Origin: a virus
Reading direction: 5' to 3' (one strand)
Virus record (IMG/VR): IMGVR_UViG_3300008262_003578
Length of the DNA stretch: 64,000 bases
The notes beneath the pieces are model-generated. The model saw only the letters and a program-made list of their open reading frames with translations, had not been told where the DNA came from and did no database searches. This document shows, one piece after another, positions 18,440-27,631 of this stretch. The stretch's first letter is position 1; every line of letters begins with the position of its first letter. Position numbers and translations under genes: made by a program.

Positions 18440-20323
18440 ATGGGAGCATTATTAGAATCAGGTCTTGTTGGTAACATCGGTCTTAAGCACCTTAAAGTTA
18501 TCAAAGAAGATACTATTAACAAATGGGATAAATTAGGATTCCTAGATGGTCTTAAAGGACATCTTAAAGAGAACGTAGCTCAGTTATATGAGAACCAAGC
18601 GTCTCACCTAATCAACGAAGCAACTTCTGACGGTTCATCAGGTTCTTTTGAAACTGTGGTTTTCCCAATCGTTAGACGTGTATTCTCTAAATTGTTGGCA
18701 AACGATATCGTTTCTGTACAAGCAATGAACTTACCTATTGGTAAATTGTTCTACTTCGTACCTAAAATCCAAGGTTATAATGGTGGTACTTATAATGGAT
18801 TAGACGCTGGTCAATCAGGAGCACACTACGCACCAATTGGTTCACCAAGTAATCCTGATACAGACGGAGCGGCAGTTGCGGCAGGTTATGACCCAGCTTA
18901 TTCTTCAGGTTCTTACAACCCTACTTACAAGAAAAATCTTTATGATTTGTTCTACGAAGGAACTGAGCCAGGTTTAGACCCAGCAGGTTTATTTGACTAC
19001 TCTAAAGGTCGTTGGTCAGCAATTACATCTTCTACTGTTGTTCAAAAATGGGATAATGGTAGTTTAGTTGACGCTGGTGCGGCATTTGACGGTAAAAATG
19101 TAAGAAAACTTATCATCAAAATGTGTGGTTTTGCTGATACAGGTGCTGGTAAATTAATTGGACCTGATGGAAACGAAATGGATACTGAAGCATTCTTAGC
19201 TGATTTACACGTTATTGCTAACGTTGCTGACTTCACAGTTTCTGCAACATCGGCTTGTAATACAGTAGTTGATGCTGATGGTAATCCTGTTTCATTATTG
19301 TTCAGAGTTGTTACTCAACAATATGGTCAAGGAATTGTTAGTGGTTTAAACCCTGTTAAACAAACAACTTGGGCTACTGATGGTAATGGTGGTTCATTCA
19401 GAAACGTATGTGACGCTAACGGATGTATCTATTTAGAAATTGACCTTTCTTGTCCTGTATGTGCTACTTGTGAAGCAGAATCAATTGACGGATACAATGG
19501 TACATTGATTGACACTCTTGTTGATGACGCGGCTTTCACAGCTATCTTCAGACGTTACGAAGAGTTAGAATTTGAAGACAAAATTGGTGAGGTTTCTTTT
19601 GACCTTGAGTCAGTTACAGTTTCTGTGACAGAAAGAAAACTAAGAGCACAATGGTCTCCAGAATTAGCTCAGGACGTTGCAGCGTTCCATAACATTGATG
19701 CTGAAGCTGAATTGACAGCGTTGTTGTCAGAACAAGTTGCAGCTGAAATTGACCGTGAAATTTTACGTGACCTACGTAAAGGAGCGGCTTGGAACCTACG
19801 TTGGGATTACAATGGATGGAGAAGAATTCAAGCAACTACATCTTACACTCAAAAAGATTGGAACCAAACTTTGATTACAGCAATCAACCAATTGTCAGCA
19901 CAAATCCACAAATCTACATTGAGAGGTGGAGCTAACTGGATTGTTGTTTCTTCTGAAGTTTCAGCTATCTTTGATGACTTAGAATACTTCCACGTATCTA
20001 ATGCGTCTCCTGAGCAAGACCAATACAACATGGGTATTGAAAGAGTTGGTACATTAGCAGGTCGTTACCAAGTTTACCGTGACCCTTACTTCCCAGCTAA
20101 CCAAGTGTTAATTGGACACAAAGGAACGTCATTGTTAGACACAGGTTACATCTACGCACCGTATGTACCTCTACAATTAACTCCTACAATGTACAACCCA
20201 TTCAACTTCACACCAATCAAAGGTATCATGACGAGATACGCGAAGAAGATGGTCAACAATAGATTTTACGGTAGAATTACTGTAGATGGAGTTCGTACAT
20301 TTGATTTAAGAGAATTGAGATAA
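18440..20323 (+). CDS. major capsid protein (T4 gp23-like) with large insertion
   Basis: VRRVF, DIVSVQAM, RKLRAQWSPELAQD, EIDREIL, YAPYVPL, PIKGIMTRY motifs. Confidence 0.95.
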   Translation: MGALLESGLVGNIGLKHLKVIKEDTINKWDKLGFLDGLKGHLKENVAQLYENQASHLINEATSDGSSGSFETVVFPIVRRVFSKLLANDIVSVQAMNLPIGKLFYFVPKIQGYNGGTYNGLDAGQSGAHYAPIGSPSNPDTDGAAVAAGYDPAYSSGSYNPTYKKNLYDLFYEGTEPGLDPAGLFDYSKGRWSAITSSTVVQKWDNGSLVDAGAAFDGKNVRKLIIKMCGFADTGAGKLIGPDGNEMDTEAFLADLHVIANVADFTVSATSACNTVVDADGNPVSLLFRVVTQQYGQGIVSGLNPVKQTTWATDGNGGSFRNVCDANGCIYLEIDLSCPVCATCEAESIDGYNGTLIDTLVDDAAFTAIFRRYEELEFEDKIGEVSFDLESVTVSVTERKLRAQWSPELAQDVAAFHNIDAEAELTALLSEQVAAEIDREILRDLRKGAAWNLRWDYNGWRRIQATTSYTQKDWNQTLITAINQLSAQIHKSTLRGGANWIVVSSEVSAIFDDLEYFHVSNASPEQDQYNMGIERVGTLAGRYQVYRDPYFPANQVLIGHKGTSLLDTGYIYAPYVPLQLTPTMYNPFNFTPIKGIMTRYAKKMVNNRFYGRITVDGVRTFDLRELR

Positions 20324-20345
20324 TCAAAATCTTAAATAAAATATG

Positions 20346-20378
20346 AAAAAGGTCAGAGTTAATCTGACCTTTTTTTTT
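20346..20378 (+). terminator. rho-independent terminator after major capsid gene
   Basis: aaaaaggtcaga-gttaa-tctgacc followed by a T-tract. Confidence 0.85.
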
Positions 20379-20422
20379 ACTTGATATTGATATAATCGTT
20401 AATATGTTTATATATATAATAT

Positions 20423-21109
20423 ATGAAAAAAATAATTATTGATGGAATTATAGAAAAAGAAATTTTAAGACTTTACAACGAAGAATATTTAGGTAGTCCA
20501 TCTATTTCTGAAAAATTAAATATTAAAAAACACATAGTTTTAAGAGTACTTAAAGAAAATAAAGTTAATATTGGTCCATCTGGAAGAAAATATAAAGGTG
20601 GTAAAAGTGCTTCAGATAAAAGACATTATAATAAAAATAAAGAAAAAAGATTATCATATCATAAACAATGGTATGAAGATAACAAAGATAAATGGAACGA
20701 ATATATAAAAGAATACCGTGAAAAAAATAAAGAAAAAATTCGTGAAATAAAACGTAATTACGAAAAAACCCGTAAAGCGAACGACCCCATTTATAAACTA
20801 ATCAACAATTTCAGAACCGCAATTTATCAGGTTTTAAAGGAAAACAATGTTAAAAAAAACGGTCATTATTTTGATATTCTAAAATACTCACCCGAAGATT
20901 TAATTGTACATTTGGAAAAACAATTTGATGAAAGAATGTCTTGGGACAATTATGGTGAATGGCATGTTGACCATATAAAACCGATTTCATCATTCAACAT
21001 CCAAGAGATTGGTGACAATGAGTTTATAGAATGTTGGTCATTAAACAATTTGCAACCATTGTGGGGTGATGAAAATATTCGCAAGTCAAATAAATTAGAC
21101 TATTTATAA
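20423..21109 (+). CDS. HNH-family endonuclease with N-terminal HTH-like region
   Basis: C-terminal WHVDHIKP...NLQPLW..ENIRKSNK. Confidence 0.7.
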   Translation: MKKIIIDGIIEKEILRLYNEEYLGSPSISEKLNIKKHIVLRVLKENKVNIGPSGRKYKGGKSASDKRHYNKNKEKRLSYHKQWYEDNKDKWNEYIKEYREKNKEKIREIKRNYEKTRKANDPIYKLINNFRTAIYQVLKENNVKKNGHYFDILKYSPEDLIVHLEKQFDERMSWDNYGEWHVDHIKPISSFNIQEIGDNEFIECWSLNNLQPLWGDENIRKSNKLDYL

Positions 21110-21123
21110 ATAAAATCCTCTTT

Positions 21124-21600
21124 ATGAATTACACCCAACACATACTAAAAATTATAGTTATATTAATATCATTACTATATCCTTTTGTGTTATTGTCAGT
21201 TGAGGGTGAACTTTTATCATTATCACAATATTGGAATACTTCATTACAACCATTATTTATTGTTGCGAATGTAATGACAGCATATTTCTTTTTTGGAATA
21301 GACAATTGGAGGTTTTCATCTTTTTTATTAGTGATGGTAACCGCTTTCTCAGTTAAATTATATCCAATGATACATAACGTTGTTGCCGTTATGTTTTTTT
21401 TATCTTGTCTTTATCCTTTATTTAAAAGTAAACGATTTAAATTTTATGCTTATTTATACCTTTTATCACCATTAGTTGGTTTTTTATTAGGGTTATTATA
21501 CCTTGAAATTTATGGTATTATTATTTTATGTTCATATCATCTCCATAGTATTATACACGTTATGTCAGTTATGTATCAAAAACATAAATTGGAGGGGTGA
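21124..21600 (+). CDS. multi-pass membrane protein
   Basis: several hydrophobic stretches across 158 aa. Confidence 0.7.
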   Translation: MNYTQHILKIIVILISLLYPFVLLSVEGELLSLSQYWNTSLQPLFIVANVMTAYFFFGIDNWRFSSFLLVMVTAFSVKLYPMIHNVVAVMFFLSCLYPLFKSKRFKFYAYLYLLSPLVGFLLGLLYLEIYGIIILCSYHLHSIIHVMSVMYQKHKLEG

Positions 21601-21639
21601 TTTTTCTTATTTTCAGATATTTATAAATAAACATTTTTT

Positions 21640-22401
21640 ATGAAAAAAAAATTATTTGATATAGAATCTGACGAAGTAAAAAGGATTTTATCATTACATG
21701 AGGAAAGAACTAAAAATCAGTATTTAAATATTATTAATGAGGAAGGTGGAAACGTATCTGACCCTAATTATGGTAAATCAAACGCACAACCAAAACAAAA
21801 AATAACTCCTCTACAATCATGGACTGTAAGTTCTGCAAGTTATTCTTTAGAAAATGCTAAAGGAGGTACATCTAACAATGAATTAAAATTTTTTAAAGGA
21901 ACCAAATTTGTTCAAAAAATTAATAAACAAGGTAAACCTTATTTAATTACTCAAGCAACTACAGTCCAATTACCACAAACTTTAACAGGAAAAATAAATG
22001 GTCAGGCGACCGCAAGTGTTATGTATAATTGTGCAACAGGTAAATTTAGTTTAACTAACGTTAAGAATATAAAAACACCATCAGTACAATTCCAAGACAA
22101 AAGTCAACGATGGTATGATGAGGAAAGATATTTAACGGCTCAACTAACTAAAGTTTGTCAATATAAAGCACCAAAACAAGAACCCCCTGTAAAAGACGCC
22201 AATGCGGGTTCAGGAGGAGGTTCAGGCTCAGGAGGAGGTTCAGGCTCAGGAGGAGGTTCAGGCTCAGGAGGAGGTTCATCACAATTCACTCAAGATGTTG
22301 CAAATTTAAATACACAAATACAAACATCTTTAGGGGTTCAAACTCCAACAGGACAATTAACCGATGCGGATATTGACGCAATATTAGCTAAATTAGGATA
22401 A
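21640..22401 (+). CDS. hypothetical protein with acidic/basic leader and GSGGG repeats
   Basis: MKKKLFDIESDEVKRILSLHEE...IINEE leader; (GSGGGS)n linker. Confidence 0.75.
   Translation: MKKKLFDIESDEVKRILSLHEERTKNQYLNIINEEGGNVSDPNYGKSNAQPKQKITPLQSWTVSSASYSLENAKGGTSNNELKFFKGTKFVQKINKQGKPYLITQATTVQLPQTLTGKINGQATASVMYNCATGKFSLTNVKNIKTPSVQFQDKSQRWYDEERYLTAQLTKVCQYKAPKQEPPVKDANAGSGGGSGSGGGSGSGGGSGSGGGSSQFTQDVANLNTQIQTSLGVQTPTGQLTDADIDAILAKLG
22207..22278 (+). repeat. 18-bp tandem repeat encoding GSGSGG
   Basis: ggttcaggctcaggagga, three full copies plus partial copies. Confidence 0.9.
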
Positions 22402-22412
22402 GAAATTATATT

Positions 22413-22862
22413 ATGAAACAAAGATTAATTATAACTGAAGAAGAGAAAAATCAAATTATAAATCTTCATAGAAAATTTATAAATGAGGCGGGACCTGGTG
22501 GTATTGACCCATCTTTACAACAAGGTACCACAACATCAGGAGTGACATCAGGTGCGACATCAGGTGCGACATCAGGTGCGACAGTACAACCCACGGTAAT
22601 CCAAAAAGGCGTTAAAAACCCAAAAGTTGAGGCATTACAAACTAAATTAAATGAAAAATTTAATTCAGGATTAGTTGTTGATGGTAAATGGGGACCAAAA
22701 ACAGCGGCGGCAGTTCAAACAGCGTTGACTTCATTACAAGGTGCTCAACAACCTAATGCAAGTACTCAACCATTACAAAAACCAACAACCGATTATGCAA
22801 AACAATTCCAACAAAACGCACAGAATATTATAAATCAAAACCCGTTTAGAAGAACGAATTAA
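22413..22862 (+). CDS. peptidoglycan-binding (PG_binding_1-like) protein with leader
   Basis: IQKG....V..LQ..L......L.VDG.WGPKT..AV; (TSGA)n repeat. Confidence 0.7.
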   Translation: MKQRLIITEEEKNQIINLHRKFINEAGPGGIDPSLQQGTTTSGVTSGATSGATSGATVQPTVIQKGVKNPKVEALQTKLNEKFNSGLVVDGKWGPKTAAAVQTALTSLQGAQQPNASTQPLQKPTTDYAKQFQQNAQNIINQNPFRRTN

Positions 22863-22867
22863 AATAA

Positions 22868-22898
22868 GAAAGACGGACTTACTCTCCGTCTTTTTTTT
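22868..22898. terminator. bidirectional terminator
   Basis: aagacgga/tccgtctt stem with flanking A and T tracts between convergent genes. Confidence 0.7.
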
Positions 22899-23130
22899 GC
22901 TCTTCAGTTTCTTCAGTAATTTCAGGTCTATTTAACACCCTAATTGATTTTGATATCACCTCACATTCACCGAGAGAAAAGACATTTTGATGGTAAGCCA
23001 TTTTAACCGCTTGTATTAATAATGTCGTCGCGTTGTCTTTATCAAGGGAATCTAATATGGCATCCAAATGGCTTTCGTTATATAGTGGTATCGTGTTAAA
23101 TAATTTTCCGTATAAATCTTGTTGTTCCAT
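22879..23130 (-). CDS. hypothetical protein
   Basis: ATG at 23130 (MEQQDLYGKLF...). Confidence 0.65.
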   Translation of the reverse strand: MEQQDLYGKLFNTIPLYNESHLDAILDSLDKDNATTLLIQAVKMAYHQNVFSLGECEVISKSIRVLNRPEITEETEEQKKDGE

Positions 23131-23166
23131 AAATTCCAAAATGTGTTGATATTTATAATTATAAGA

Positions 23167-24132
23167 ATGAAAAATAATAAAATCTATATTAACGAAGCAA
23201 CTTCAACTAATACTGGTGGTAGGGGTTCATATATCGCGCCTTTACAACCTGGATTACGACCCTTTAAAAAAGACACGTTAACACCGTTTACAGATTCAGT
23301 TTCTGATTATGATAGTCCACTATTACAATATGATAGTTATGATGGAAAAATGGATGAAAGGTTAGACCAAATAAAAAAACTTGAGAAGACCGCAAAAAAA
23401 ATTACAGACTATATTAAACACCACCCATATTCCACATTTAGTGATGATGAAGGTAATATTGTTAATGAATACCCTAAAGGTAAAAATAAATTAGGTATTG
23501 TTCCTATTAAGGAGTGGGTTGATGTTGACGATATAATCATTGAGGTAACATCAACAAGTTCAGGTGAATATAACGGACCCCAAGAATTAGGGTTAAAAAA
23601 ATGGAAAGAAAATATTTTATCTCCCTTCACTGAATTTGTTGATAGTGATATCAATCACAAAAAGAAACAAAAAACAATGAAGAATAATATTAAAAAAGAA
23701 GTTGGTTTTTGGGAAAAAAGTTCTGATGGGACCTACAATAATCCAACTCATGATGTACATACTATTAATGAAGATTTGGCGGTTTGGTTTGGTACAAAGA
23801 AAAAACCAAAAGGTAGTTCACAACCAAAAGGACCTTGGGTGAATATTTGTCGTAAAAAAGAAGGTGGGGGACATCCCCCTTGTGGTAGACCTGAAGCATC
23901 TGACAAGGGTTACCCAAAATGTAGAGCGGCGGGTGTTGCATCCAAAATGACAGATGCTCAGAAAAGGTCGGCTTGTCAACAAAAAAGAAAAGCTGAAAAA
24001 ACTCATTCTAAGAGTGGGACAGGTAACAAACCTAAGATGGTATCGTACAAACCAAAAAAAACCTCTAAGAACGAATCTTTTGAGGTTAGAATTAAAAACT
24101 ATCTATTAGAGTTTATTAAAAATAAAGGTTAA
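23167..24132 (+). CDS. hypothetical protein with C-terminal basic Cys-containing domain
   Basis: ATG at 23167; C-terminal EDLAVWF...WVNIC...HPPCGR...GYPKC module. Confidence 0.75.
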   Translation: MKNNKIYINEATSTNTGGRGSYIAPLQPGLRPFKKDTLTPFTDSVSDYDSPLLQYDSYDGKMDERLDQIKKLEKTAKKITDYIKHHPYSTFSDDEGNIVNEYPKGKNKLGIVPIKEWVDVDDIIIEVTSTSSGEYNGPQELGLKKWKENILSPFTEFVDSDINHKKKQKTMKNNIKKEVGFWEKSSDGTYNNPTHDVHTINEDLAVWFGTKKKPKGSSQPKGPWVNICRKKEGGGHPPCGRPEASDKGYPKCRAAGVASKMTDAQKRSACQQKRKAEKTHSKSGTGNKPKMVSYKPKKTSKNESFEVRIKNYLLEFIKNKG

Positions 24133-24563
24133 TATTTTTTACTAACTTTTTCTAAAATACTACTTAGTGAACTTTTAATTTGTGAAATCATCTCGTCTTC
24201 AAACTCCTGTCTAATTTTTTCGGTCTTATTATCATACATACCTGTAATTCTATCCCAATCTCTTTCGTTTAGAACTACATCATAATGGTATACGTGATTT
24301 GTGATACTAATCCTTCTTTCATCAAGAATAATAAATAAACCTAATCTTGTATTTTTTATATAACGTTTACCTGAGATAGGTGCAATCAAAAATTTAGAGT
24401 CATCTTGATTAATCAATTTATGACAAATTGATTTACAAATTCGTTCATTATAATTTAGTTTTTGGACTTCTTTACCAAATGCGCTGTTAAAATGTCTATA
24501 TCTTGCCCATATAAGATATTTAACATATTGTCTTTTAATCAAAGTTCGTAATCGTTCTAACAT
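24129..24563 (-). CDS. hypothetical protein
   Basis: 144-aa ORF convergent with 23167-24132. Confidence 0.7.
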   Translation of the reverse strand: MLERLRTLIKRQYVKYLIWARYRHFNSAFGKEVQKLNYNERICKSICHKLINQDDSKFLIAPISGKRYIKNTRLGLFIILDERRISITNHVYHYDVVLNERDWDRITGMYDNKTEKIRQEFEDEMISQIKSSLSSILEKVSKKY

Positions 24564-24619
24564 ATTAATCTATTTAAAACAAATATATGAATGTTTTTTT
24601 AAATAGGGTATAAATTAAA

Positions 24620-25105
24620 CTATTTTTTTTGAAATAAAACGTTTAGGAATTCAGACCATGTTTCCACATCATTCTCATTTCTACCAATATTGGCAGCATA
24701 GCAAGTTAAAACAACATTATCTTTAGTATACCCTTTATTTCTATCTAACCTATCAAGGGAAGGTTGTTGAGGGTGTTTTTTACCAGTAGAAGGTGTTAAA
24801 GGTATTTTAAACCAATAACATAAACCATTCTGTTTTTCATATAATTCATTTATAAAATCAACATCAATTTCACGTATGACATTTCTTTTATTAGAATCAT
24901 TAAGTAAAGTATTTTGCCATAACCTTACTCTACGTTCTTTTTGTTTTTTACTTTCATTTTTCCTAAATTCAGGAACCATACGTTTGTTTTTTTTATATTC
25001 TCTTCCGATTTGTAAAGTACATTCTCTACATTTAGTTCCTCTTTGTGATTTGTAAAAATCATTAATATTTTTTATAACACCACATTTACTACATTGTTTA
25101 TCCAT
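24620..25105 (-). CDS. Zn-ribbon plus HNH/His-Me-type endonuclease
   Basis: CSKC...CREC; CYW...PSLDRLDRNKGYTKDNVVLTC..AN. Confidence 0.7.
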   Translation of the reverse strand: MDKQCSKCGVIKNINDFYKSQRGTKCRECTLQIGREYKKNKRMVPEFRKNESKKQKERRVRLWQNTLLNDSNKRNVIREIDVDFINELYEKQNGLCYWFKIPLTPSTGKKHPQQPSLDRLDRNKGYTKDNVVLTCYAANIGRNENDVETWSEFLNVLFQKK

Positions 25106-25136
25106 AACAATAAATATATGGATAAACATAAAAGAA

Positions 25137-25165
25137 TAAAAAAAAGGAGAATTAATCTCCTTTTT
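25137..25165 (-). terminator. rho-independent terminator
   Basis: aaaaaggaga-atta-atctcctttt hairpin after 25175-25714. Confidence 0.65.
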
Positions 25166-25174
25166 AAAAATTTG

Positions 25175-25714
25175 TTAAACTCTTTTCCATTTACCCCCCT
25201 TGGACTTATATCGTTTGGCGGCGGCCCCATTACAATAAGCACTTGGGCAAACTTTATATCGTGCCCTTGCCCAAGATAAACATTGTTGCCATAGTTTAGG
25301 GTTTGTAGGTTTGTTTTTTTTAGTTTTCTCAGTTATTTCATCCATTTCATTAACTGACATTGCTAAACCTAAATCAGGATTAGTCATACTAATCGCCAAT
25401 GCCTCGTCTTCTTGAGTATTGTCGTCTTCATACATCTCCATTTCAGAGTTGTCTCTTTTTGTTTCATTCATTAAAAAATCAAACACTTGGTCCATATTGT
25501 TTTTGGCTTCAGCAATATGGTCTTGAGCCCAATCGTGACCATTCTCTAAAATAGAACTAATTTCTTCTTCGTCCATGTCTAAAAGAATTTCACATTGTCT
25601 TTTAATTTGTTCTAAATTAGAAAAGAACATATATCTACTATTCTCTTGTTCTTTAATTACTCTTTTAATTAAAAAACTTAATTCATTTTCGTTTAATCTA
25701 ACAACTTTTTTCAT
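25175..25714 (-). CDS. leader-bearing protein with C-terminal PTNPKLW...PSAY...KGGKW basic domain
   Basis: MKKVVRLNENELSFLIKRVIKEQE leader; C-terminal basic module. Confidence 0.75.
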   Translation of the reverse strand: MKKVVRLNENELSFLIKRVIKEQENSRYMFFSNLEQIKRQCEILLDMDEEEISSILENGHDWAQDHIAEAKNNMDQVFDFLMNETKRDNSEMEMYEDDNTQEDEALAISMTNPDLGLAMSVNEMDEITEKTKKNKPTNPKLWQQCLSWARARYKVCPSAYCNGAAAKRYKSKGGKWKRV

Positions 25715-25716
25715 AA

Positions 25717-27030
25717 TTAATTATATAATCCATTTGGACCGCCTAAAGCGACCGTGTTTAATTGTATTACATCTCTACCACTCCCATCACTATATATTGC
25801 ATGAGGGACTGAAATAGAACTTGTTTCACCTGAACATACCAAACACATAAAATATTCGGTATTGGCGCTTATAGGGACTAACGCTTCATTTATTAATTTA
25901 CCAAAATGATTAAATGGTGGGTAATTACTATCACCACCTAAAAATAAAAACCCATCGTTAGGTGTTAACGCGAAAGCTAAAAATACATCATCATAATTAG
26001 GGTTTAAATAAAAAGAATTGTCTAATGAAGTATTACTTAAAAACTTAATTAATTTATTTGCCGTAATAAAATCAACTAAGGACGTATAGTATTTTGTGAA
26101 TGAACCACCTACAATAATTTTATCATCTGATTGGATTATTAAAGAACTTACTTGTGAGTCTAACCCAAATGAAAATGAATTTGAAAAAGACCCGTCACTA
26201 TTTATTCTTACTAACTTACCAAATGATAAATCATTACCATTGTAATCGGTAAAATTACCGCCAAGAATTATTTTACCCGTTGATTGTAAACCCACTGTGG
26301 TTACTAATGCGTTTGTACCAGTACCAACATTAAAAGAAGAATCAAAGCCGCCACCTGTTAAAATTCTAACAACATTTGGTGATGAGTTCCCATCATATGT
26401 ATCAAAAAGACCTACTGCGATTAATTTACCATCAGGTTGTTTTAAAACATCTAACACGTAAACCGCAGGTCCACCATCCTCTATTCCATTACCTATCACA
26501 AATGTGGGGTCAATAGTACCATCAGAATATAACCTTATTATTCTATTATATGATTGACCATCGTATTGAGTAAATTTACCCCCAACAACTATTTTTCCAT
26601 CATCTTGGACTTCTATTTTATAGACCTCATCATTAAATCCTGTACCACCACTAAAAGTATTATCAACCGTACCATCAGAATTAAATCTAATAATACGACC
26701 AACATTATAGGTTATACTATCTCTTGTTAATTGAGTAAAAAATCCACCGACTAATATTTTACCATCAGTCTGAATATGAATAGTTCTTACGCTCTCATTA
26801 AAACCTGAACTACCAACTGTAATATCAAAAGTAGGGTCAAAAGTCCCATCCGAATTTAATCTTAAAAGATATGGGGACACATATAATGTTCCTTCATAAT
26901 CATAATGCTCAAAATCACCAGAAACAAGTATTTTACTATCACTTTGAATTTTAATGTCATGTACGTCTTTATCAAAACCGTAATTAACCCCTTGGGGGAA
27001 TGTATTATCTAATAATCCAGCAGTTGACAT
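25717..27030 (-). CDS. delta-60-repeat beta-propeller protein
   Basis: about 7 repeats of Q.DGKI.VGG.F....R..RL.SDG..D.TF. Confidence 0.85.
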   Translation of the reverse strand: MSTAGLLDNTFPQGVNYGFDKDVHDIKIQSDSKILVSGDFEHYDYEGTLYVSPYLLRLNSDGTFDPTFDITVGSSGFNESVRTIHIQTDGKILVGGFFTQLTRDSITYNVGRIIRFNSDGTVDNTFSGGTGFNDEVYKIEVQDDGKIVVGGKFTQYDGQSYNRIIRLYSDGTIDPTFVIGNGIEDGGPAVYVLDVLKQPDGKLIAVGLFDTYDGNSSPNVVRILTGGGFDSSFNVGTGTNALVTTVGLQSTGKIILGGNFTDYNGNDLSFGKLVRINSDGSFSNSFSFGLDSQVSSLIIQSDDKIIVGGSFTKYYTSLVDFITANKLIKFLSNTSLDNSFYLNPNYDDVFLAFALTPNDGFLFLGGDSNYPPFNHFGKLINEALVPISANTEYFMCLVCSGETSSISVPHAIYSDGSGRDVIQLNTVALGGPNGLYN

Positions 27031-27034
27031 AATA

Positions 27035-27622
27035 TTAACTATTTAAACCATCGGGTCCTCCTAAAACGACCGTATTCATTTGGGTAACCGCAATACCTTG
27101 AGCATCGGTATAAACCGCATGTGGGGGAGTTACAGTACTTGTTTCTCCGCTACATATAACACATATTACCGTTTCAGTATTTGCGCTTCTTGGGGTTCTA
27201 TCTTGACAACCACAATCATCATAATAACCACTCACAATAAATGTCGCTTCAAACAAGGTATCCAACACCCCTAAAATTTCAAAACATAAAGAACCTTCCC
27301 AAAACGGACCTTCAATAGTTGAGAATCTACCTATAGGGTTTTGTGAAAAATAAATCGCGTTTACTGGTCCTTCTAATTCAGGATTGGTACAAGCTCTCAC
27401 TAAAAATGATTTATCATTTTCTTGGTAACAATTTAAACAGTCAGTATGACTAACGTTATACAAACTCAATGGTGTAATAGGGTCTGAAGTCACCCCTAAT
27501 ACAGTACCACATAACGAAGTTTCACCAATAAAAAATGAAACAACTTCACCTACCGATAATGATGTTGCACTAACTACGTAAGTATCACCTGAAGCACAAT
27601 TTTCTATATTATAATTTGGCAT
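27035..27622 (-). CDS. Cys-rich hypothetical protein, probably structural
   Basis: many Cys; C-terminal module shared with 25717-27030. Confidence 0.7.
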   Translation of the reverse strand: MPNYNIENCASGDTYVVSATSLSVGEVVSFFIGETSLCGTVLGVTSDPITPLSLYNVSHTDCLNCYQENDKSFLVRACTNPELEGPVNAIYFSQNPIGRFSTIEGPFWEGSLCFEILGVLDTLFEATFIVSGYYDDCGCQDRTPRSANTETVICVICSGETSTVTPPHAVYTDAQGIAVTQMNTVVLGGPDGLNS

Positions 27623-27631
27623 TTTATTTTC

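Noticed and set aside
10614-20323. Introns or inteins in terL, portal or capsid
   Set aside because: The ORFs are continuous and show no intein splice-junction motifs
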